From: Phoronis australis
Lineage: Eukaryota > Animalia > Phoronida
Assembly: GCA_002633005.1 (NCBI GenBank)
Contig: NMRA01000075.1
Span: 189,615-253,614 of the forward strand
Direction of reading: 5' to 3'
DNA: 64,000 nucleotides
In this document: one piece after another, positions 40,701-53,185 of the stretch
How positions within the stretch are numbered: position 1 is the stretch's first letter
Layout: every line of letters begins with the position of its first letter
Notes under the pieces: generated by a model
What the model saw: only the letters and a program-made list of their open reading frames with translations
Told to the model about the DNA's origin: nothing
Databases searched by the model: none
Position numbers and translations under genes: made by a program

Positions 40701-43700
40701 CACTTTGGTTGGTAGCTTTCGGTTGATGACACTTTTCTTTGTTCTAAACAGGTGAAAACAAAGCTAACAAACAGTATCTTTAATGAAACATGGCACTTGA
40801 CATGAGGACAAATTACTCCAAAGAGAGAAATAACCATATTGAATGTAGTGAGTGAGTATATGCAACACAAATTAAACAGCTTATAATGCATCTTTTTATA
40901 TAATTCATACCAAGTGCATACAAATATTCTTAGCCAAGCACGAGTGTTATGACTTGAAAGCGAAACTCACTCACCACCAAGTTAATGCTATAACAGTTGG
41001 TTGTATAACTCAGTTCATCTATTTTTGGCCAATCAGTAAAAAATGAGTTCCTGATCAGTCTTCGACTGGTCAGAAAAGTACAAGACCTGTTTCAGCTAAT
41101 CATGAGCAGACCAGCTGTAAACAGCACTGTCAAAACTTGGGTGCCAGTGCCAAATACAGCAGCTATAAGCACACACCATTTTATCATAGTCGGCGATGAC
41201 TGAATGTCTTGATTTTGAAACGCCTTTTTTCCATTGTATCCTCAAAAATTCAACTGCCCAAACAACACTGCTTACATTGCAAAGTTTTCCATCCACAAGA
41301 CTGCACAGTGAATATGGGGTTTTCAAAGAATTGCATTTTTGCCTATCCACTTTGCTAAGTGTTTTTAAATGTAAGCCATTTAAGAGATCAAATTCAGTGC
41401 AGACGTGTGGATGGAAACCATAGCAGTAAAGAAAGGTTTGAATTTCAACAGTTTGCAGTCGTGTGGACAGAGCCTGAAATAACAGATGACACTGAGATGA
41501 ATGACAAAGCATTTTGTTCGATTCATAATGTTTTCCGAACTTGCAATAATTGACCTATCACAAACTCCACCCCCTTACAAAATGTCGACCAACAAACAAT
41601 AAGTTTTACCCGGCAACGTGTTGTTTGTTGGGTAAACTGGTGGCTTGTAAACGAAGGTATGTCAAGAATGCTGCATTCTGATTGGTCATTTCAGTCGTCA
41701 CTCACTGGCAAAAGGTCAATTGCCATCAATGAAATGATGCCTAGACTGGTATTTCAACTCGTGATTAACTACAGGGGAAATATGATTTGCGACCAGTTTT
41801 TGGCACAGTTGGCAACATCAGTGTGAACCAAGCTAAGTCAATTGCAGCCAATTGCTTGTGTTGCCGGAGTCGGCAGGGCAAAGGATTTGGTCCATAGAAA
41901 AGTATAATTCATAGACAGCTTGGTCAAGTAAGTTTAAGCGTGCTGAAAGAGGTGAATGAATTTAGAACCAAGGAGCATCTCAATATTATGAGCTTAGACC
42001 AATTTGCTACTGCAAATATACAAACCTTGGTGATTTTTTCAGTTCTGATAACTTGTCTTGCAAAGCTTCAACAAACTGAAAAGCAAGGGAGATAACTGAT
42101 AAAATTAAATTTACGACACAAGCTAAATTTTAAATAGATTGGGAACACTGAAACTGACATGTATGTGACACCTGACTTTTTAGGTCAGGTTTGCTATAGG
42201 TTTGTTTAATTGGTTGTTACGTGAACCCTTCTTGTGGCTAATTGGTCAATTGTTTTGGCCAATCAGGGCATGCTGGTGGTATTTGGGTTGTCCAGTGAGC
42301 CCGCGTGTCCAGTCTCTTTCGTTTTCGTTGCGTTACTGGAAAGACGTGCCTCTCGAGTTTGGAGATTTCGACTTGGCGATTACCTTTGAAGATATTTGAG
42401 AGTGTTATTGAGAACTTTTGTGAATATTGCCGAGACGTTTGTGATCAATAACTTCTGAAACTTTGGTGTGAATTTTTTAAAGCGTTTGGACAGTGACCGT
42501 CAGTGGTTGGTGTTACGAAGGTGTGGTTGAAGTTAGTACCTCGTTTGTGTTACAGGCGTCCTCAGCTTCTGATCATCCCCAATGCACTATTTATATCTAT
42601 ATACTTCAAGGTATAACACTCGAAACAAGGAATTTCACGAGTGCTTCACTTTAGCCATCCATATCAAATGCAAAACTCAATAAATTTATACAAAGCAGAG
42701 GTTCAACAAACCATGAGAATTTTTTCACGGTTTGTTGAAACCCTGTTTTGCACAAATTTATTGAATTTGGTGATCGATGTGGATGACTGAAGTGAAACAC
42801 CCGTGGAATTCCTAGTCCCGAGAGTGATACCTTGAGGTACATATAATGTATTGGGGACAATCAGAAGCTGAAGATGCTTATGGTTAGTGTGGTTTAGCAG
42901 TCTGACATGAAGAACGCCCTGACAGAACAGAGTGCAGAAAATACTCTTGACCCGAGATGCCAGCTCGGGGGAGTTCACCACAATGATATTTTTAAATACA
43001 AGCAATTATACTAGGTCCGGACATTGCCATTATTCAATTAAAACTGGCCCTCGGCAGCCATTCTGAAGTCGAAACCATTTTACCAAGATATGTATAGAAC
43101 CAATAAGGATCGACGAAGAAAGTAAGTGGTTTTTAAGAGACAATTTTGGTAATTGCTTACAATATGACGACATTGACTTACACATAAGATTTTGGTATCA
43201 TTCGATTCTTTGCAAAATTATCTTTCCAAAAATACACAGGAAAATTTCCTACCCCGTTCCCTAAGTATTTCATCGTGAAATTTTTTCTCGCACTATTTCC
43301 CAGTACTCGGTAGTAATACCGCCACGTTGAATGGAAGGAGTCCCCTGGTGGTTAAAAACTGAACTAATCTTCCGCGACTTCTGCAGATCGTCACGTTTCA
43401 GAAGTTCAAACTGACCGAGACCCGCCTATCCCCTGCTCCAGTTACGGTCCCAAGGGTTCCAATTCGATCCTATGGCTATGGCGACCTTGGTACGCATCTG
43501 CTAGCAAGAATCCGTGAAAAAAGCGAAGGTTGTTTTTGAGGTCCAAATTGGTGAAAAAGGTATCACATTAGACAATTTCGTGGAAAATGGTCAAATGGTC
43601 ACAATTATAAAAAAATTAGAGAAGGTGAAATGCAGCTACTTATCCTCCATATGTCAGGAAAACTAAGTTTAGTGGGAATCTCGGCGCGGGCAAACACCAT

Positions 43701-45045
43701 TCAGAATCAATGATGCTGTTTCATTCATTAACAACAGGTGACGCTGAAATCTTGAGTTGAGCTAACATGGCGGTGTCAACCGGGAAATAGTGCGAACCGA
43801 AATTTGAGGATAAAATACGGAGCACACGCTATATACTGGGGAACCCAATGTTCGTCCGCCTAAGCATAAAACCGACTTGCTGTTGTACTCACCGAATTAT
43901 TCCACTTCAAAGTTATGATCTGAATAGGATTCGATTTAACTCTCACAGATATACCGCATTCATCGATTCGGAAGTTTTCTTTAATTTGTGCCGAGTTATT
44001 TCAAATGTGCACTGCCTTCGGCAGCCATTTTATTGTGACACCTAAGTTCGTCATATGCTGCCCCCTTTTGTAAAAACTGAGAAACATGCAGAAAAAGGCC
44101 AACGAAGTAATGAAAATTGCAACAGCCTGTTTTTATTGACATAAACTCGATTTGAAGCTTTGATGTTGAGCTCTGCACTGTGGTTTCCAATAAAAGCCAA
44201 TTGGACATTTCAATGCAGTTTAATGGTGAACGTGAGGCAAAAATGTTAAGAACCCAGCGTATCGCATTTGTCTGCGGATTTTTCCTTTGGCCTTCTAGAT
44301 CCTACTAGTGCCTGGGACAAACAGATACATTGCATAAACAAACCCTGGATCATGTTTTGTGTCCCGTCGGAAGAAAATTTAAATTCGAAAACATCTTCTG
44401 AAAACGCACAAAAAAGTGTATTAGTAAAATCTACTGATTTTTAAGTGGTTTTAAAAAACAATCGGTAAACTCACCGATTTTTGTCTCATTACTTTGATAC
44501 GTGTTTCTCCCGAGAGGTTAGTACCTAACGTGAAGACGAGCACTCCAAATTGGAACGCTAAGTCCCGCGTGGTTGCACTGCACGCGAAACAAGATGGCGG
44601 ACGAACTTTGGAGCCTGACGAAAATAGGTAACCGGACGATACTATGCGGTAGGGGAAACATTCATACATTTTTGGAAAGATAATGTTACGAGGAATCGGA
44701 CGATACCAAAATCATGCGTGTTATTCAGAGTCGTCATATTGTAAACAATTACCACAATTTTAAGTGTAACATGAATTTTTGACAAGTTTATAACCGCTTA
44801 TTCGGTGACCATATTTTGGCTAAAACCCGTCAAATACACGGGATGAATTACAGAAAGTCAGCAAGTGATGGGGAGAATTGTATCTCCTGTAAAGCAAGCC
44901 GATCAGAACAATGTTTAATTTTAACATAAATTTGAATTAAAAGTGTTACCTTTTCCATTCTCCATTCACTTAATCGTTTCTCGGCTGCCATAATTTCGCA
45001 GCGATGAAGGAGTCGCTTGAAATTCACTTCCAACCTGGAAGACAT
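37725..45045 (-). CDS. USE1: Vesicle transport SNARE protein USE1 (257 aa)
   Basis: Six exons on - strand: 45045-44950, 42075-42026, 40385-40307, 39545-39383, 39037-38832, 37904-37725 (774 nt, in phase, GT-AG). Motifs [62 protein letters not shown] and a C-terminal TM tail anchor match USE1. Confidence 0.96.
41549..41720. mobile_element. Small MITE (ATTGACC...GGTCAAT termini), copy 2
   Basis: Reverse-complement match to 14886-15062 (AAGTTTTACCCGGCAACGTGTTGTTTG). Confidence 0.65.
42164..42554 (+). mobile_element. Possible solo LTR in USE1 intron 1
   Basis: TGTGACA...TGTTACA termini and several CCAAT/ATTGG boxes; no target-site duplication found. Confidence 0.3.
43137..44759. mobile_element. 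Foldback non-autonomous DNA element, Kolobok-like, in USE1 intron 1
   Basis: TTAA at 43133-36 and 44760-63. Left arm ~43140-43330 (GGTAATTGCTTACAATATGACGAC..GATTTTGGTATC..TATCTTTCCAAAAAT..TCGCACTATTTCCC) is inverted-complementary to a right arm split into ~43762-43831 and 44645-44759. Family assignment is inference. Confidence 0.6.
43832..44644. mobile_element. Unclassified 0.8-kb element, copy A
   Basis: Near-identical reverse complement of 57499-58314 (the same small ORFs appear in both copies in the track); asymmetric subterminal inverted repeat GTTCGTCCGCC/GGCGGACGAAC. Confidence 0.9.
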
Positions 45046-45436
45046 GGCTGACGTTGTACAAATAGGTCTTTTTAAACATGAACCAATTTGTAATTTTGTT
45101 ATAAAAAGTACTAGAATAAAATTCATAAATATAGGTTACTAATAATAATTTTTTTTCTGAAATTAGATAAGTATTTTTGGTGGATTTAAATTGGCAGATT
45201 TAATATTTTTGTGATGGCAGAAATCATAAATTTAACAGCTTTGTGTGGCCTGCACAAGACCAAATATGAACTAAATTTGATCTCCAATACAGAAGAGCGC
45301 TTACGGTCACCATGGGACACGAGTGCACACAAACTTAGTTTTTATTGACAGAAGTCTGACGAGTTTCATTACACTTTGAGTTGTGTTATGAATAGGAAGT
45401 TTCTCTGAGGAGCGGGGAGATTTTTCAGGAAAAAAA
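45046..45436. promoter_or_regulatory. Bidirectional promoter USE1/TEX45-like with putative non-coding first exon
   Basis: Divergent genes; donor GTAAGT at 45437 and acceptor TTTCCAG at 45844 upstream of ATG 45888; X-box-like GTCACCATGGGAC near 45306. Confidence 0.55.
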
Positions 45437-45887
45437 GTAAGTACTATATTACTTGACAATTATGGTTTAATTGAACGAGCGATTTCACGCACCTGTTTTA
45501 TTTTGAATTTCATTGCTGTGTACTGTCTATAGTAAGTCAAAATATATTTCGTTGCTCACATAGTGGTCACAGCGATCGAGTCACATTGACAGTTTCTGGT
45601 ACTGTTTTTAATGACTCATTTTCCTAGAACCTATTTAAGCTATCGTTGGACGTGATTTTTAGTTTAATTAAGACAAGTGTGGGTTTTATGTCTATAGTTG
45701 TTAGGCCTACTGATTGCCGGTTGAATTGGAGACGACTTGCCTAGCAAGGAAATGACTGTAGCATCGTCGGGCTTTTATTATAGACTGAATTTCAGTTAAC
45801 ATGTTAACTTCTATTTATTATGTTACTTCAATGTGATTTTCCAGATCATATCAGTGAGAGAGGGAGAAAAAGAGAGAGAGAAGAGAA

Positions 45888-48800
45888 ATGACCACCATCA
45901 GTTTAAAGAACCCGGTTATAACTCCGGAGAAGGGGACTGCCTATCTACAGAGTTCTCATTTTACAGTTGCTCAAGATGCTAACTTACAGCCACAAGGTTT
46001 CCACTCCACTTTCCGCCATGACTACCCTCCACATTTCGTTGACGCGCGCCCTGTTGGCGCCAAAGGTCCGGCGCCTGCGTCATTTTTGCACAGCGATGCG
46101 CGTTTCTTTAACAACAAAGCATCCGAGACAACTAAAGAATTCCAGCCTCATGAAATTGGACCTAGGTTAAAATCCAACAATAGAGGTGCATCTGGACAGA
46201 CAAACTTCAAAATGGACAGAGACTTGAAGAAATTTGACTCATTTATGACGACTCACAATCATTATTTCCCAGCTAAAGACAATGTGCCCTTTGAGCGTTT
46301 TGTACCATCGGAATACCCTCTTGCCAGTCACATTCCAGATGGAGATAAAGAGAAGGCACCCCAGCCTATGTCTGACTACAGATCCAAATATCAAGGACAC
46401 GATACAGAAAAACATAAAATAGAAAAAGCACCAAATCAACATCACTGTAAGTACCTAAAAATGATTTTATTTTTAGATGTCATCGGGTCCACGGTTGTAT
46501 CTCTAATTAAACTCAGACTCAGTTCAGAATCAACACTTAATCAACCATGCAAGTGTACTTAATATATGCCATGCGGTTGGTTAATTTGTGTTCGAGTTTT
46601 GAGTAGAGAATAGAACCTGGGCCTCGATCTCAAATTGCATGACCAATATTGTTCAGCAATTAATTATTTTTTGTTTTGCACCTTTTTATTACAATGCGTT
46701 TGGAAATGTGCTAATCCATCATGAAGTGTAGTTAAGTTGCGTTAACTGTAGTTATTTCACAGCTTGATTTGCTGTACAAGTTCAGTTTCAATGTTAACCT
46801 GACTATATTGATTGTTAATTTGTTCTCTGTTAGTCAGGCTTGGATGGCCATTACTCCACAATAACAGATCATCTTATTGATTTTCTCATCAGCTAAAGAG
46901 TTGTTACATGCTATTCACAGATTACTTGCTTTTAATAACTCAAAAGGTTATAACTGTGTGTAATTCATGAGTGAAAACTTTTGTTTTATAATTGGTTATA
47001 TACTTTACAGAATCTCAATTCAATTTTTTTCTGTTTAATCCCAATTTTAAAATTTTGGTTCCCCGCATATTGTATCATTAGGAAATGTTAATATATTATA
47101 ATTTATGTCTTCCAGTTGGTGATGCTACCATAAAAGGTGACCAGAGGACACATACCTACAGTACACATTCTATGGAAACTCATCATGGTGCTTGGTTACC
47201 GAGGATACACGAACTGCCTAAGGTAAATATGCTGTTTGCATAACATAATAGTTTCCATTTTTTCAATTGCTGCTCAGACCATCCTGTCTTTTCTCACTGG
47301 ACGATAATTAAGGGTTACAACTCACAAGTTCTGAGAAGAAAACATTTAAGTATAACAACGATATTTAGAAAACACTAAATATCCAGATGAATAATTAGTC
47401 ATTGTTGAACATTGTGTTGTTTGATTGTGCTTAATTGTGGTTACAACAGTCTCACAATTCTCTTTCTGTACACAATAGCCCAAGTATATCTAGCTCTAAT
47501 TGAAATCAAAATAATACAAAGTTTTGTTTAAAACTGTCAGCCCTCAAGTTTTTTTTTGTAGATTTAATCTGACTTTGAAATACCTACATCCACATGGTCT
47601 ATCTATATCTGTTAGCGAATCAACTTTCTTATGTCTGTTTTAGCCTGTTGGCACAAATGTACCTCTGGGTGACCGTGAAAAAGAAATTACCCTGAAAACT
47701 ACTATGCAAGCTGATTTCAAGGAAACTGACTCTGGGTCGCTTGTGCCCTATGACAGAACAAAGTCGGTTGGACAGCAAGGGACTAACTTTAAGCTACGGG
47801 ATGGTCACGGCACGTGGCAGACGTATTTAAGCACAGCAAAAGAAAGCTGGGTGAACAAAGACTTTACTGGTGAGAACAACTTGTGTGTTGTTGGTTTTAG
47901 ATGGCTATTCTGAACAACTTATTCGTTGAGACTTTGTTGCATTGAATGGATAGGAAGTGTTTTATGCACTGCTATGATGATTCATTGACTTAACATGTGT
48001 CATGGTTGATAGCTGGTTGAAACTGTTATCGTAGGTTTACATTCTCCAGACTTATTTTTGTATTCACTTGATAGTAAAGCTAATTCATAAAAGAAACACT
48101 GCTTTTTTCTTTTATGTGCCTGCCCAATGCTCCTATAGGCTGCTACTTCATCAGATTCTGTTGAAAAAAACATTTTTTGTCATTTCAACAAAAATGTCCT
48201 CATTAAACACAACTAAGTATTTCGTTTATTTCAATACATTCAGTGTTTTTATTCATTTTACAGAACCTGCTTGGCAGTTGGGTAAACACCGCAATGCATC
48301 TGACTTTCCTGTTGGAGATAACGACCCCGTCCGTAACTGTGACCGCGCGAGCTTGACCACTAACAGGCATTATGAGGCTCAGGTGAGTTTGATTTTGGCA
48401 TAAGCTTATAGATATCGCTCAACAAAACTAGTCAAGTTGTTTTATTCTTGGAACTACATGTAAATGTTGTTGTATCCAAAGCTTTCAGCAGCTAATAAAT
48501 AGTGACTTGCATAATATTCTTTAAAATTTGTCGTTCTGACGTGACACACCATGCTTCTTTCAGAAGTTAACTCATCTGCCTGAGAATAAGGTATAGTGAA
48601 GTAGGCTTAGCTAATTTATTGTTTAGTCAAATAGGTAGTTGGTCAAGACTGTGTGTATTGACATGTCTAGTGATCCAGTAGTGTATGTTAAATACAGTCA
48701 ATATTCTGGGTTCAAAGATATGGTTTCCTTTTTTATAAACAGGCATTATGATGTAGATTAGATAGTACCATGGTAGTTCAGTGTAGATTGCTTTAGCATT

Positions 48801-50604
48801 GTTTTCAAATCATGGCAGCTGTGTAGTTGACGCCATAATAGAATGTGCAATGCTGCTCCATGTAACGAGTAGTCGACTATTAGAAAGGCTAGCACGTAGT
48901 GTAGACAGTACAACTGTTCAGTGTACTCCCCTGGATTAACAATTAATAGTTGGTAGACAGTTATTGGAAATGTAGATGAAGTTCCTGGTATGGCCATATG
49001 CAGTGATTAGCTTCAAATTCTCATCTTGTGTTTGTTAGTTAGCTATGATTGGGAAAGCAATTCTCAAGTGAAAGTATTGTAATAGTTATGACGTTATTAT
49101 TGATGATTATAAGGTTATTATTGTGCGTAACATGGGAAAATGGGCCTCTTAAGGAAGCAATTTGAATGGTATCGTGATGCATACAACTTACAATAATAAT
49201 AAATAAATAAATATATACAAATATCTCAGGTGGTTGGAAATTGATTGTCATGATTTTTTAAAGTCCTACTTGCTATATGAATTGACTTAATTTGCTTTCA
49301 TGGTTTGAATTTGAACATATGAACTAGTGGATAGATGTGTATATATATGATCAAAATGTTATTTTGACAATTTTTATTTTACAGCTAAATTATTCCAATG
49401 TATAACGTGCCTGTGTCTTATTTCAGTTGCCTGACAAACACAAGTACCGCAATAATATCATCTCAGGTGCAAATCTTCGAACCCGTAGTAACGTCTGGTT
49501 TGGCGACCCGGTGTTGAATAAGGATTATTACAGCACTCATAATGAAGACATTCACGCGCCAAAATATGTGCCGTACTCTTACAACAAAGGAATTGCTAAC
49601 CCCAATAAGAGCGTGATACCTCTTGATTATTATCGTAAGTATTCATGGATTTTTAAAATTAATCTTTATAGAAAAATGCCCATAGGATTATTTAACGGAC
49701 CACTCATATCTTATATTGAAAACTGAGAGTAAAGATCAGTACTGTGAAGATCTCATTTTATTACTAAATGCTCGGGTTAGTAGGAGTGCACTAATTTTAT
49801 GAATATGTCAATCTCAGGGGTAGCAATCTTTTCGTACTTCTATTCATTAGCTCACGTGATGTGGCCAACAGATGGCGTGCAGACACGACTTTAGTGTTTG
49901 CTGCATTAATTTTATTAATAGACTCCCGGGTTGTTAAAAGTTTCTGTGTAATTGCATGTAGTAATTTTTGTTGTTTATTTTAGCCCACGAGAAGAAACAT
50001 TCCATGACGTGGCAGGACTTTCAGAATCCCAGACAAGGGGCAACCATTCCAAATCCATCGTGCATTAACAAGGTGAGATTGTACTACCGTCTCCATTTTT
50101 GTAATTAAGAACAGTTTTCCTCAAATTACATCTTGCGTGGAAAAATCCTTGATTTGGAGGAAAGATATGATATAAAGCATTGATTTGCATATTTTCGTTT
50201 ATTTTTAGAAATAATCTCTATTAAGGAATTGAATGCTTCACAATTGAATTAACTCTTTGTTGGTAATACTTACTTGCAGGGGTCTTGCATTTTGAGAACC
50301 AGTTTCTTCCACTGAACTACAGGCATCACAGTAGTTCTCAAAATCCATTGCCTCTATAAGTGACTCTCGCCTCTTTGTCTATTTTTGTTCTTCTAAGTGT
50401 TCATGTTCACAAAACTTTGTAACTAGACGGTGTCATCTTACTTTTCAGCTAAAAGAAACTCACATAGTGCCACCTTTGGGAGGTGAAAGACACTTTAGTA
50501 CAACCCACGTCGAGCATTACACTCCAAAACATGTTTCCAAGACATTTGCTGATTCGGGGAGATTACAACGGAGTTCTGTGCCTTTAGGTACATTGCAAAT
50601 ATGA
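45888..50604 (+). CDS. TEX45: TEX45/C19orf45/SAXO5-like axonemal microtubule-stabilising protein (487 aa)
   Basis: Seven coding exons 45888-46446, 47116-47222, 47644-47869, 48264-48382, 49427-49634, 49984-50072, 50449-50604 (1464 nt, in phase, GT-AG, ends TGA). N-terminus YLQSSHFTVAQD..STFRHDYPP..PAPASFLHSDARF resembles recalled human TEX45 (FLKASHFSLGPD..TTSHRDF). Repeated xPxGD...(S/T)T..xF/Y segments are typical of SAXO-type proteins. Confidence 0.8.
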
Positions 50605-53185
50605 GATGGTTTTTGGCGCAATGCTCGTGTTCAAGAGGGGTACTGACTTAGACCCAGCTGTGCGTGTATTGCAGAAATTGGAGAGCATGGAGTGTTTGAC
50701 TACGGCTTTGTAAGCTGCTTCATAAGAGCACTTGAGAAAAAATTTGTGGTAGTCATTTCGTTCACAAGTCATGCAGTGTCCTGAATTCTTGTAGTTTCTG
50801 TTCTAGAAACTTGTAGGATCTTGTTCGGAGTGTGATTTGAGTTAAAGAGTAAAAACGTTATCAAGCCCGCTTGATCTTGAATTGTTGCTAAATATTCCAG
50901 CAACTCGAATCGCAGGCAATTCATACATGCGACCTTTTCGAATTTTGCAATTTTAGGGTTAGTCAAACTCACTAAACTCTGAAGCATTTTCTTGAATTGC
51001 CAATGGTTTTGATGTTCTTGTTGGTAACCGCAACGAAGCTCGTTTCACATTTTATGAGCTTAATTGGCTTGTTTTTTTGCTTTTTTGACAGCTAAATACT
51101 GACGAAATCCACTTTTAAGTTAACTTTTTGACCCGACTGTGGTTTATGCCAATTTTTGTGTAGTGACACGTGACGGATGAAACAGTTATACCTAAATTCC
51201 TGCAACAATCAGATAATTCATTCAAAAATTTTCTTTAAAAAAGTGAGACTTGAAATGAAAAAAAATTGGATTACTAATATCCTCAATGTTAAATATATAT
51301 TTTATAAGTATCAATTGGCATTCCAAGCCTTCTATGTTCAAATCTTAAAAATGCAGCTTTGGGTATTTGTTAGTCACATACACTAGAAGAAATATTGACA
51401 TGAACTTTTCTTTTTTGATTTTGTAATTCATATTTGGGTATCAGTCAGGTGATTGTGAATTGTAAATTATGCATACAAGAATAAAAGCTCAATATTATAG
51501 AAAGCAATGCACAGACTGTGATGGAATGTTTTTTTTTTTCGATTTTAATGTAGGTTTGAATGTCAGTTAGCTAACTGGGATGTGTAAATCATGCGGATGA
51601 AATGCTCAGTGTTTAAGTTACGACACGAATTGGAGATTAATGAAGCAAATATGTTTGTGTTGACTTGTGGAAGTGTTGCTCACTCAATAAATAATTGAAT
51701 AGTTACTTGCTTCCCCACATATCTGTGAAAACAATAATGTAAGTATATGATTTGATGAAAATAGTGTTTGCCATTAGGATTACTTTATTACAGAAACTAT
51801 GATTTTCACGACTTCCCTTAACGGATACCAGGCATTATCCAGAGGCAACAGTGAATAGTTGAAGACCAGTATTAGTTATAAGTGACTTGGGCATAGTACA
51901 ATCTTTTGATGAATATTAAGACGTTGAAATGTATTTTCTTGATTGCATTTTTATTATTTATGTCAAGCAATTGTCACTTTTCTTCCTACATATACTGATG
52001 TTCGTCCACATATTAAGAAGTTTGATATTCGCGTTTTCATAAATTTTACCACTGTCCATGTTAAATATATCAATTCTTTTTGTACAAGTATACATGTATA
52101 GTTTCGTTTCATTCCTGACAGCATTTTCAGAAAAACTGAAACATGTACATAACGCTGTATATATTGTAAAAAGCTTGCATGTTTGTGTTTGATCAAAATA
52201 CAAGCAAATGTTTTTTAAATGTTTTTTTATTTTACTTTTTTTTGGGGTTATATTTTAGTAATTGCTTGCTGACGAAAAATTCCCCAGTAAACAATTTTAA
52301 AAGTTGTGTTACTCGCAGACCATGCTTAATGTCAGTCCTCTAAATCTAAAGAAAAGTAAAAAATTCGCCTGGTTTCATTAAAGTCACGGAAAAAACGCAG
52401 AAGCAAAACAGACAAAAAATAGCGCGATTCCTTTGCTTTGAAATTTCACCAATTATGGGCAAGAAAAAATGTCAACTTTTTTGAAAAGCGGTATAGTTCC
52501 TTCTTGGTATCGAGTTATTCGTGAGGAAAATAACTTCCTAACTGCCAGTTTGCATCAGTTGACATGAAGTATTGGTCAACACAGCGCACAAGTCATGACA
52601 ATATTTACAAAAACACGTTTTCAGAATTTTATAAAACTAGCAAAAACATCAAAGAAAGAAAATATTTTTTATTTCACCAAGCAATAACCATGGTCTCTTG
52701 CAAAATTTACAAACTGGACAACAGCCTTGTGTACGACGTCTCCTTCCAGGGCCATCTTTCGATTCCATCGATAAATGATAAGGATCTTGAAATGATCCTA
52801 ATTCTACCATTTGTCTCGTTTCATTTTTCTCAATGTATTCTATGAATAAATGGAATAAAAAAGCATTGTGAATAGAGTAGTTTGTATTAAGCTACCAAAG
52901 TACTACAACCATGGACGATAACTTACACCATCAGATTTTCAAAGGAGGTCTACATACTGGGTTATCTCCCATTGCAAGTTGAGTGAACGTTGTCCAGTTT
53001 ACTATAGGCACATCTCGCAAATCAATGTCCAGAACAAGCCCATAACATGCAGTGTGTATCATAGAACAAGACGAAGCAATCGTTGGCTACACGTTCCCTT
53101 CACACCACTTATAATCATGTGAATCACACTCTCATGACACACCAGTCAATGTCTCTACAATAAATACACTACGTCTCCTCCATGA

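Noticed and set aside
43848-44208. Small ORFs duplicated at 57935-58319 as a gene pair
   Set aside because: They are identical only because they sit inside the repeated element; no recognisable domain.
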